This document shows positions 26,265-38,966 of a DNA stretch of 64,000 bases, piece by piece (position 1 is the stretch's first letter; every line of letters begins with the position of its first letter). The DNA is from Chrysomallon squamiferum. Its lineage: Eukaryota > Animalia > Mollusca. Under the pieces are notes generated by a model, which was not told the DNA's origin, made no database searches, and saw only the letters and a list, made by a program, of their open reading frames with translations. The stretch is taken from contig CM022676.1 of NCBI GenBank assembly GCA_012295275.1, positions 12,400,001 through 12,464,000 of the forward strand, read 5' to 3'. A program made the translations under genes and the position numbers.

Positions 26265-29200
26265 TATTTAAAAGTCATTTCAGTTTATTTGATTTTAGAA
26301 ATATATTTCTTATTGGAAATGGTATTGACACTGAATTTAAAAGAAAATTTAAAATGTTAATGTAGTTTATTTGACCTGAGGTTAACACTTTCAGTTTTGC
26401 TAGTCCTTAAAGTAATGGAAACTTGTACTTTTTTCATGTTTTGGATTGTTCAAATTCATCATTTGATCCATTTGAAGATTTTGGCAGTTAATGCCTTGGT
26501 ATGAAAGGGAAAATAGACATGATGCATTTTTAAAAATTTTTTTAATTATTATTACTATTATTTTTTTAATGAGTACAAGCCATGAAAATCTGCTCCTTAA
26601 AGCTCCTCTCAGCCCTCATTGTTAAATTGCAGTTTCAGTTAAACTTTGTTTTATTTTGTTTATTTTCCTACATGTTAAGCATATTTCCAGAAATTTTAAA
26701 ATAGACATCGCATGATTTTAATGTCATTTGAATTTAGACTTAATATATCATGAAGATTATTTTTATTTTTATTTGTGTGTTTCTTCTTTTAAACACAAAT
26801 GAATGTTTTAAAAATTAGAACTATGGTGCTTAATGCCCCAGATGTCCCATCTGTTGTATTTCTTCGCTAAAAAAATATTGATGGTTTAGAAGTGTGATAC
26901 TGTTTTATGATTACTGTAAGTGAAACATAAGAAAAATTACGTTTGCAAAGTCTCTTCGAATTGTCATTATAGAAAGATAATTTTGCATCTATTATTCCTG
27001 TTTCTATTAAAGAAACTTGATTGGAAATCATGTCATTATATTCTGTATTTAATTCAGAGAATTTTATGAAATGATTTTATGAAATGTTTAACTGAATAAT
27101 TAGTTATTTATTAATTAAAGATATATAATTCAATTATTATTTAATAATTGAAGAAATAAGGAAACAAGATCCAGACACATATAGTGATGTTTCAGATTTT
27201 GTTTCCAGTTTTGATCAGCTTGATTGAAATACTTGTTATAATTGATTAAATTATATTTTCACATAACTGAATGCTGTTCTGTTATATTAAAATATTAATA
27301 ATAGTCATTAATAATAGCTTTTAAAGCTACAAACCAATAGAGTCTTTTTGAATAATTATGTAGATAATAGAATTTTTACATCTTTTTGTTTTCATTGCAA
27401 TTAATATATTTTAGTGGTGGCAATAGTAATATTATAATAGAAATTATATTTTCAAAGCATACATATACAGTATTACAATAAATTACACAAGAATTTGATT
27501 TTGTTGGATGTTTAAATATGCAGGGCTCACATAAATCATGTGTTTTTGTTGTCGGTACAGCCTTGACTGCAATAATATGCTGTTAGTGATGCTGATAATC
27601 CCATATCTATGTCCACTTCCATCTTGAATGACATTGAACAGGACACTATTACTAAGACTTTGACAGTTTCTAAACAGTTGAAGAAACCAGTTTAGAGTAA
27701 AGAAGCAATAAAGGGAAAAAACAGTTCTTAAGAGGTACTAACGAGAACCTAGCAAGTTTAATCTGGACATTTATGAAACTGCTGGAAATAATATCTTAGC
27801 ATCTGTTAAGTTGTTTGCCTCAGAGTTAATAATTTAATAGCACTTTTTAATAAATTGATATTAATTGTTCTGTGCATGCTGATGGTTTTCAAGTTTGTTA
27901 CATATCAGCCAGTCTGGATGTAATTCCAACAGGCGACTGAGATTTTCAAAACTAAAACTATGCATTTTGCAAGAAAAGGTGTTTTCATTCAGATCCATAA
28001 CTGGTCTTTGAAAAAAGTGGTTTAGGTTGTAGAGGGATTTTTAGGTATTATTTGTCATAAAAAAGCAATAACAAAAAATAAATAAATTAAAAGAAATACT
28101 ACTAATACTACTATTTGTCTTTGAAAAAAAATCTGATTCCTGTAGAGGAATTTAATAAATAAATAAAAAGAAAGAAAAAGGGACTAAAGGATCTATATAT
28201 TTTATAACTTACTGGACACATTGAATGAGAAGCAGATCAAAAGGTTTTGCTCTGTTTATATAAATGTCTTGCAAGATCAAAATTCAATTATGGTTGGATA
28301 ATGTGGAGATTTTCTTTCAAGTCATATCTGCAGATACATATACAAACAGCGTCTAAGACAGTATCTTGGTTTTTTTAAACAGAATAGTTAGTAAGCTAAT
28401 GACAATTTTTACAAATATTTTTGTAACTTACATAACAGAGAACATTACAAATAATATTTAGAAAAATAAAGTCACAAGCTACAGAAGGGTGGGGGAAGGA
28501 TTATCCAGGCCTGAGTAACTTTCCTCCTTTAACCACTGATTTTCCTGATGTCATATGATAAATAAACAAGAATGTTTTAAGTGATATTCACTAACTGCAT
28601 TTTAAATATTACATAAACAAATATTACTTTGTACAGACAATGTTTTATTTGTTTTCAATATTAGATTTTTCTATGGAACTAATATTCAGTGTCCATCCTG
28701 TATATTAGTAACTATAATAGTTCTCTAAAAAATTTTGGCTGCATTTTGTTTATAAGATTGTTTTATTTCTGTTGATATTTACTATTTCAATATGAAAAAT
28801 ATTACATTATAAAGCTTAACACTTTTTGTTGATTTTCTTCATGATATTACTGTATGGAACTAATATTGTGTAAATATCTGGGCCTCAGACTTTGTATAAA
28901 AAAATTAGGACAAATAGAATGTGTTTGTTGCATGAAGACATAATTAAGAATATTGGGAAAAGTATGATGTCTGTTATTTTACATAGAGTTTTTCTCAGAC
29001 ATTATATAAGCTACAACCTTGAAATATGTCCCATTATATATTAAAAGTTGAAATACTCTTTATCCATAGTGTAGCTTCTGCATAACAAGAATTTATGACT
29101 TTCAAGCCATTACTAATAGAATTAAGATTTATAGCTCTCACCAAATACTCCCTTGTTGTTACAGGTCAACAGAATGTATCTATATAACTATATGCATAAC

Positions 29201-30074
29201 AGCAGTTGGCAGTCTGTGACATATTCACAGATCCAAGAATTCAAACTGAACAAGTGAATACAGAAAATACATACAACTGGACATCCAGTGGCTTGTGAAA
29301 TACCTTAGCGTCCCCCTCATGTCTCCACACCTGAATTTAGGAGACTGAGGTAAATGATAATGCAGATATCATTTCCAAGCAGGATGTAAAATAAAATAAA
29401 ATAAAATTACCTGAAAATGTTCACATACACGTGTTAAATAATTGGGTGTTGTCTTGGTCATCTTTTTGTATTGTTGACATTTCTCACAATTTGCACAGTT
29501 CTGCTCACTCGTGGCTTTCCACAGTAAAATGTTGGCATCAAAAGGCTTAGTCAATACATTGGAGCACTGTTACGTATATTTGTTACTCCTTGCACATTAC
29601 AAAGTGTGTCTGTGTAATCGTTAAGGTTTTGTTTTTTTAAATTTTTGCTATACATTTGACTCATTGCCATCAGTACCAGTCTACTTAAATATTCTCTGAC
29701 AGCGTAAAATATTTTAAATCGAATAATATTAACAGTGAGGAAGGCAGACGAAGAAGACTGGTAAACAGATCCTGTATAACAGTTAACTTGGCTGTATGCA
29801 GAAAGCTAAAGCAATGCAGTGGAATTATACAAATATTTCAAAGACATAATAATTTGAATAAGTGATTTGCACCCTGCTGTAAACTACTTAGCAGCTACAG
29901 GGAAAGTTTTTGAGGAAACTAGTCTGGAAGATCTCCCTTGTATATGTATGTATATATATATATATTAACAGCAATCAAAATATAAATATTAGTTGTTGTC
30001 GGCTTTTGTCGGTCATTAGTGGGTGAAGAACAGCTTGGAAAAGAAAACACCGCGGAATCCCGAAAGTTTTCGTT

Positions 30075-30128
<54 letters not shown>

Positions 30129-30479
30129 TACAGTACTGGGAATAATAAAAATAATGTTATCCCGATGATCATATTAACATCCTGTCATTAAATCTGTTGG
30201 TCTCCAGTTACCGCCTACCCATTTTAATATTTCTGTCGGAAATACTGGTACAATCAATTTATGACACTAGCACTGAACATACTATAGTTTAATAACATCA
30301 GGTTTTTCTTAAAGTACATGTGTTTGGCAGGTATTAGGTTCACTGCTGGACTGGTACACGAAGAGGGCTAACTTCCTCGGGTTAGCGGCGCAACACTTGC
30401 CTTGCTCCGGAAGCTGGCAACACAAGCTGTGCCGCTTCCTCTGCTTCGCATCAACTGATTGGATGTTGAATTTATTTGT

Positions 30480-31780
30480 ACACATTATTTCATTGATACA
30501 GCATTTCTAAATTAAGTCTGCAGTGACATGTTGTCACGGTGTCAACGTCGTAATTTAATGTCAACTGATGAAACGGAGGGGTACAATGAGACCATTAAGT
30601 GGAACATTGATAACAGAAGTACAATGAGACCATAATCTCAGGAACAGTGATTCCCGATTCAGAGCAATTTATAGGTCATGGACATTAAGGATATGAGGAT
30701 GGTTTTCACGTATCCTGTGATCCAGTGGGTCCCACGCATGCTCATTTGGGGACAAGTCAGGGGACTTTATTGGCCAGTTCAACACTTGGATGTGGTTTCG
30801 CTCAAGAAGATTAGTGGCCAGTCTAGCGGTTATCTGGTCTAGCGTTGTGATGTTGAAACAGAAAGCGAGGATGTTGCTGCAGGACTGGAATGACTACTGG
30901 TGTAATGATCTCGTCGCATTAACGTTGAACAGTCATGTTTCCGTGAATGAAAACAAGATCTGTTTCACCTCCACCATGAATGCCGGCCCAGTCCATGACG
31001 CTCCCACTGCCATATCGGTCATGCTGATGACGTTGTCTGCATCATATCTTTCTTCCCGTCGCCTCCATACATGACGCCTACCATCCAGACAGTGAACACA
31101 AAACCTGGATTCGTCTGTGAATAATGTCTGATCCCATTGTCTGCGTCGCAAGTGTTGGTTTATTCTGACTCATCTCAGACGTTCCTGAATGTGACGAGCT
31201 GTCAGGGGAACACCTACAACAGAGCGACGTGCTTGTAATCAAACTGCACAGAGACGGTTTCGGACAGTTTGAGCATGAATTCCAGTGCCTATTGTTTGCT
31301 GCAAGGTCGAGCACTTTCGAACCTGTGACGTCGAGATGACGTCACTAAATACCCATCTTCTCTTGGAATAGTTAATCATGGTCTATCAGAACGTGGTCGA
31401 TCTCGCACTTGCCCAGTTTGGTGTACACGTTGTCGGAGTCGTGATATGGTACTGTCATGAACACGAAAGTACTGAGCGACGTTGTATATGGATATTGGCC
31501 AGTGTTAACCGTTCCATTGCTTCATGACGTTGATTTTTCGTTAAGCCTGGACAGCAACGCAATATCAGAAGATAAACTCTTCCTTTCTGTTCTAGATAAT
31601 AATGGTTTAGTGCATCAATATGTTTGCACGTGCAGTACACATAGCCGTGTGCGATATGACAAACGGTGTTGTTTTCATTACCCAAAGCGACAGGGCATAT
31701 GCAACTAACATATTACCAAGTTTTATCACATTATTTTAAATTATTTACAAAAACTTGCTAAACGTTTTTCGTTAAATATA
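30480..31780 (-). mobile_element. Degenerate Tc1-family transposon
   Basis: Frameshifted minus-strand pieces: WDQTLFTDESRF (first catalytic D), FQHHNARP, WPIKSPDLSPNEHAWD and an N-terminal RDRPRS HTH-like part. Ends are approximate. Confidence 0.88.
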
Positions 31781-33692
31781 CATATACATACATATATATA
31801 TTTATGGTCGCAACCGAAAAAGTTAGGAAACTACTGGATCTGAAGATACTGTCTTTTAATGTTCATTTTCAAAGGGTTACACTAGTAGATAATTTGTGGA
31901 TATGTTATGATATATGCATTATTGCGTTCATAAATAGAATTACCCACACTAAAATTCCCTGCAAACATATCCCTTCAACAGTCTTACAGTGTCCGTGGTA
32001 TATGCTATATATTCTTTCTTATCTTTGGGAAAGTACATGAAAGTAAGTAAAGATTACCCTATCATAAAATCGATAAAAATACTTTGTTCTCAACAAATTT
32101 CTTCGAAGAATGGTAATCTCCTTTTATTCTGTATTTCACATTTTCTTATGAAATTCTACCAAGCATCTTGGATACTAATATTTGATGTAACTACTTTTTC
32201 TCGATGTCCATATTGGGATGTTGAATACTTTTTAGTGACTGTCACAGTGGGAATCGTAAATATGAGTTAAAAAAATACCTGTTTTGTGCTAACATGTAAA
32301 TGGGTTACCAAGTATGAATTCTGTTCTTCTGCTTTTTTTGTTTGTTATCTCTGATTTTCGATAACGTCTTTAACCATCAGTATACAAACTGTGAGCGCGA
32401 CGTTCAGTCTTTGTCTATGTAGTCTTTTAGAATGACTAGACATAAAGTACTACTAATAATGTTAAGAGAAAACATTTTGTGTCTTAATGGTTTGTAAAAG
32501 ACTCTGATTATCAGTAAATGACATCACCTCAAATTACCTGTGAGTTGGTAAGTGGAAAAATAACTGGTTTTCATTTTGTTATATATGTTAGAATTTTTTG
32601 ATTCATTTTCAGTATTATTTATATTTGTTTGTCATTAATTTTATCCAGCCCATAAAATATGCTAGTTAAAGAAAATTTGTTTTTGGCCTAAACACGAAAA
32701 TAGTTGTCCAGCCTTATTATAGTAAATAGTATATACAGCTTAATATGAATATTAAAACACTTTACACCAACCAATAAGCATTTCCCATGTGCCTATAAAG
32801 CTCAGCAAAATATTTTATTGTCAACATATTTCTATTTATGTCTGAGCCAGACGCATAATACAAATTAATATTTTATAAATTTGCAAACTAATTAATATCT
32901 AAGAGGCCTATCTCTTACAATTATACATGGAATTGCATTGAAAAATTCCATTGGGTCACGGTTCAGGAATTATGAAACACCTAACTATAGAGAGGAACTA
33001 ATGAAATTCTTTTGTTATTTGAAATAATTCAGAACCATAGTAGCGAATAGAGGAAGTGAAAACAATCTGATATTACGAAATAAACCTATTTTGATTTTAT
33101 TTTTTGATGTTGATGACAACTGATGTAGCAATAGGGCATTTATAACGACATAATTTTTTTTTTTATTATTTCAACCGATTAAAAAATTGTTACAGCTTTT
33201 TCTTTAGTATATTTTAGATTAAATAACATACGGAATACATTTTGAATCTTTAGATATGTTCTTATAATCTTGTCAGGATTCTTCTTTTTATTGATTATTT
33301 TATTTTCTGTTGAATTTTATGTTCTATTCATCTACTTTTCTCTCAAAACGTTTTGACTGTCTATCTCTCTATCTCTATCTATGTAGCTATATATATATAT
33401 GTATGTCTGTCGGTCGGTCGGTCTGTTTATCTTTCTGTTTCTCTCTCTTTGAGCACATCTCTTAGTTTCTGTGTTTTATTTATGTTCTTCGTTTCTTTCT
33501 GTTATTGAAGGCACTTGATTGATTCAGTTTGTGATCTTTTATCTTTTTTTTTTTTTTTTTCAGGTTTTTCAACACTTTAGTGATCACTGGTTTGCTGTAG
33601 ATCGAAACACTCCTCACAGACAAACACTGAGATGTGACAGATCTATCAGATACTTACAACAAATAAATTATATTCTTTGTTTCTTTCGGTTT

Positions 33693-33773
33693 TATATTAT
33701 TATTATTATTATTATTATTATATTATTATTATTATTATTATTATTATTGTTGTTGTTGTTGTTGTTGTTGTTG
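33693..33773. repeat. (TAT)n/(TGT)n microsatellite
   Basis: Direct reading. Confidence 0.9.
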
Positions 33774-33966
33774 TAACTTATTCACTTCTTTGTTTACTTT
33801 TAGTGTTTGTTTATATGTAAACTCTGAGTTAATTTATGTTTATAAAAGCACTTGATATAATGATAAATTCAAAGTAGTAGTGTTAGCATTAGAGTGATCA
33901 AAATTTATTTTCTAGTTGGAATATTGAATACGTTTTCAATAAATATAATTGCATTTAATAATGATC

Positions 33967-34029
33967 ATAATAATAATAATAATAATAATAATAGTAATAA
34001 TAATAGTAGTAGTAGTAATAATAGTAGTA

Positions 34030-34070
<41 letters not shown>
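33967..34070. repeat. (AAT)n/(AGT)n microsatellite
   Basis: Direct reading. Confidence 0.9.
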
Positions 34071-34073
<3 letters not shown>

Positions 34074-34708
34074 CAGCTTTTGTTAATGAACGGCTCTTAA
34101 GTATCAGAGCTGCGATTACTTGTCTCTACTGAACAAAATTAAAATGTAGATCATTTTATTAGTTATTTTTACATTACTTTTTAGCAAGTTGTGATATATA
34201 AAAGATTACTGAAATTAACCATTATCATAAATGTTTTAATGTTTAAAATTTCAACTTGTCTCATTTAAAACAAATTCAGATTCTTCGGTCCCAATTACAC
34301 TTTTTCAAGAAAATTGGAGGTTACGATGTTTCATGTAACGTCAAAGAGGAAAACATTATTGCAGGCACACAGCCTAATTTGCTTGGTATTGGGCCCCATA
34401 AACAGCATATCGAATGTCGTCTTTAGAACATTCGATCTTTTTCTATAAATGTTCGTAATCTCTAATTTGCTATTCCCAAAAGAAATGTTAGACCACTTCT
34501 CTAAACGATCTTGAAGCATTTCGTTGAAATTAAATTTGGTAATTTGGTATTTAAACGAAAGAAACAGTTAAATCAACCGATGCGCTAAAGAAGAAAGGAA
34601 GTAAAGGAATGTATCGAAAAAGTAGATACTTTACGGCTTTCACACAATAAGTTAACCTAGAAACAGTCTGGGTACCCGGAAGAAACAAGTTTAGTCACGA
34701 CATTCACA

Positions 34709-34763
34709 ATGGCGCTGTTGAGATATTTACTAGTTTTTCTCACGCTTGTTAGATACTGTGTAG
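34709..34763 (+). CDS. Gene B leader exon MALLRYLLVFLTLVRYCV(G)
   Basis: Signal-peptide-like, with G|GTAAGA phase-1 donor. Homolog at 53007. Confidence 0.85.
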
Positions 34764-34785
34764 GTAAGATTTATTATTATTATTA

Positions 34786-34826
<41 letters not shown>

Positions 34827-37800
34827 GATATAATGAAACAATCATGTAAGATAACAGCGAAAATTGTGATTCTAAAGTTTATTTTATCTGTGACGTGGTT
34901 AGAGCTGATTTTGTGTTAAAGCGTGACGTGTAGGAGTTTCTCACTATATGTTATGTACACTGCTGTGAATGATCGTGCAATGAAAACAGCGTAGTTAAAC
35001 TTTTCCGAATATGTACATTTCTTTATCATATTATGAGTTTAACATTGTTTTTTTTTTCGTTTTATAGTCCGCAGAAAATGCCGTGTGTGTGTGTTTAACC
35101 TCGTTTTCGATATAAAGTATTTTTAGGTGTTGATTACTGTTGTTAAGCGCACATATGAAATAATATGAAATAAAATAAAACAAAAAACAGAGGTCGTTTT
35201 ACATCTTTTCGAGCATAAAAAATTTGATGCAGCTATGACTGCCCCCGCTAAAATGGAAAAAATAAATAAAAATAAAGATGGCCCCATATTTTATACACTG
35301 CAGAAAATGCATTTTCTCAAGAAGCCTTAATTATACCGGTATCGCATTATTAATACTTAGCTGCTTAAAGTATCTGAATTATATTATTGTCCTTTCTTAT
35401 GCTTTCTCAAGTAGTTAAGTTTATACTTAATAAAATGAATTTTGATGTTTCTTAACGTTTGAAATATGATCTTTCACATTCAAAATTCGAAGAACTCACA
35501 ACTGACTTAAATGTGCTTTTATTATCTTTCACTGTAACATACAAAACATGTGTCTTCAGTTTTCAGATATTTAGCTAGTTGGAGACCAGGCTTATTCTGT
35601 GATGACAGAGGCAGTGTAGAGTATTCATAAACAGGAAGCACAAGCTGAAAATAAGCAGCAGGGTTCTTGATTCAATGAATCATCCTGAAGCTATAGTGAA
35701 CATTGTCAAGGGCAGAATGGTATCACTTCAGTCAGTGTGCAAAGTTCCACTGAAGTTGGAAGAGAACAGATATCTGAATTCAAAAGGATCTGGCCAGAGC
35801 TCTTCTATGATATTATGCGTTACATTAGCACTGATGAAGAAAAGTGTAAACGTTGGGGAAACAAGTGTACTGGAGATTAATCTCATCTGTTCAGAGTAGT
35901 AGCCGTCAGATCTGTTCCACTGAAGTGGTCATTAAGGATGCATCGCACATGAGCTGCTCTTCTTTGGGTCTCACATAGATCTGTCAGTAGTCCAGCATAA
36001 ACCTATGTGTTCAACTTCAGACAAAATATTGAGAGGTAGCTGCAAATAAGAGCTGCGTACATTTTCAGTACTCTGAATATGTGTGAGGAACACTGAAACT
36101 ATTAGCGCTCACCAGCTGAAGGTAACCATCGCAGAAAGTAACCATGTCATTGAAAACAAGAAGTTCTCAAAGATATAATCTGTAGTGACTCATACGAGAT
36201 AATATATACAAATGGATCATTACATCACATGGCCCTGAGATCAGTAATGGACAGGACATCATCAAAAATGATGGGAACATTACTCACGAAGAGGCAAGTC
36301 CATTACCAGTGCTTAGAATGCTCGTTATCATCGTCCAGAGGATACAGACGTTTAGAGGCATTATGATATGGATCAATAAATTCAATTGTAGACAGTAATT
36401 TATTATAATATTATCCTCAACCATTACACAAATAACACATCAACAAGGAGTAGATCCTAATTTATTTATTAATTATATCCGAGATACATACTCGACTAAA
36501 TTATTATTTAACATGCGATATCAGTCAGTTGAAACCTATTTGAAAACGGAATCGGTAAGGGGAGAATCAAGATAATTATGTTAATATAAATTTTATATAT
36601 ATATATATATACACACATACATACATACACACATATACACTGGTCATTAAGACAAGACAAGTAAGAATGTCATCTTACCAAATCCCATTGCCAAACTCTT
36701 ATCATAACAAGACCTACGTCATGGGAAAGGTAACCCCGGGTTATACAAGATGTCACCATTACATGACCGCTAATAAAGTTATTTAAAGAAAAAAAAAGAA
36801 ATATCTTTAATAGTTCATTATGTCGGACTCTTTAGCATTTTCATCAGGATGATCTCAAGCTCATGGTAAAGTGCAATTTTAAAGAATGAATCAAAGTTGA
36901 AATAGACACAACCGTTGAGAAGCACAGACAAATCATATCAGAAATCGTTGCTGCTGATGCACTTTCTAGTTGTGACACAGTTCCTGGGTGTTTCTATACT
37001 GAAGAGAACACAGTCCTGAAAGTTGTAAGAAATGGATTTAATCCGTCGCTTCTGGGAAAAATCGATGCATCACTGCCAATGATTATTCAGCAGTGAATGC
37101 CATTCATGACGACGAATTTTTTTTTTTTTTGGTCCGCCATTATGTTTAGTGCACTAATATTATCCCGTATTGTGAGAAAAGGTATTTAATCTCAATCAGA
37201 AGTGCCTTGGAGCTACAACATCATTCACACAAAATTTTGTACATTCACGAGGGTTACTTAATAGCTTTCTTCATATGAACAAATCTACAAAAGAACAAAC
37301 AAAAAAAAACTCGATGTCTTAGCTTCAGTTATATATCCAACAAAATCGATATTGCCGCACGAAAGTGGTAGAATTTTTTTTATGCAAAACCTATTGACCT
37401 CAGTAGAGGAACACACCCCTTTCTGAAAGGTACCATCGGCAACAGCAACGTTTCATCTTTTAAATAACAGTAGAACTGAAGCTTAAAACAACTCAACAAC
37501 GATCCGCCTCCTGATGCACCTCTCCAGAAGCAGTATAAGGAACTGAAGTCCAGCCTTCACAGAGGAGTGATAATGCTATAGACATCTGTGACGACTTGGC
37601 ATTTCAGTATGCGTCTAAGGTGGTTAGCATTGGAGCTAATTTACCAATTAGTTCAGTGCCTACTGTACATCGTCAGAGCATGCCGTTAGGGCGACTGTTA
37701 GCACAGGATGATCAGACCCAATACTTTTATGCATATCACTTGTTCCACTGTGCTCGCCTGATTTCTGTCCATATTGCCCAAATGAACCAGTTCGACAATT

Positions 37801-38926
37801 ACGATCTGATATGGAAGGCACTAAAGGAGAGAAACTTCTGTGTGAAAAGTCTCACTCATCCTTCATTGCACTATTTACCGGTCGCGCTCTTGAGCAGAAG
37901 GTCAAGAAGTTGAAAGAGACTAGTGATCTTGTGAGCATTACACAAGATGAGATGTCACTTGATGGTGTTTTCAGTAGATACAACTGCTGTAGAGATTGGT
38001 TTTATTCCCATGTGTAGGATTAGCCATCTGGTTATCAATATACGACTTACTACACATCATCTCTGTTGTCAACTGCCTCCCTCTCTTCAGATCAGCATTA
38101 TTAGCAGCACTGAAGAGCATCATTGCGTCATCAGAACATAAACCGGAACCTGCGAAAGAGGACATACTCTGCTGGAAAGAGAAGGAAATGGATGGTGAAA
38201 CTGAATCGTCATTTTGACAAAAATATAATCAAAAGGAATCTATGGCAGGGTTTGACAATATGGAGAAAAAATATTATTTGTGATCACGAAATTTAAATAA
38301 TAATTACTTTTTTATTTTTCAGGTTTATCTCTACAGTTGAATGGGTCATCGTACGGAGTTATACGAGAGAGATATACTTTGTTTTGTTCTGTTTCACCTG
38401 TTGATGATATATCATCAAATATTCAATTTAAGAAATATCAAAATGGTGCAATTACTTCACTTTGCTTGGTTAGCACATCCTGTGTTGAGTTTTTTCCACG
38501 CTCTGGTTACAACTGTGGATGTTTTCACAGCAGTGGAGAAACTCGTGTCTACAACTTGACAATACAAAGTCTGAAGATTACTGATGACACTAAATGGAGA
38601 TGTTATCATACTTCCAGTTTCAGTAAAGACTTTATCTTGAACGTTTACTGTAAGTACTTTTGATAAAATGAATATCTTCTCTTTCATTTTGCTTTGTGAT
38701 TTTAGAATCCAAAAATAATTCAGATATTAGCAATGACAAAGACCAAATGAAGCAAACTATTTCAAGTCTTTATTATATTAAATTTCAAAGTTATCTGTTA
38801 ATCATCAAGGCTTAAATAAAGTCAGATTTCCATGAAAACAAACTTACTTTTAGAAATCTCATTAATTTCAAATTAGTCAAAATAGAGGTTTTGTAGATAA
38901 TATCCCATTATTGCTACTACTGCTGC

Positions 38927-38966
<40 letters not shown>

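Noticed and set aside
33564-33660. Strong poly-T cag acceptor followed by exon-like sequence
   Set aside because: The phase-1 frame stops after five codons, with no homology to the cluster exons and no clear donor. It could be non-coding but is unsupported.
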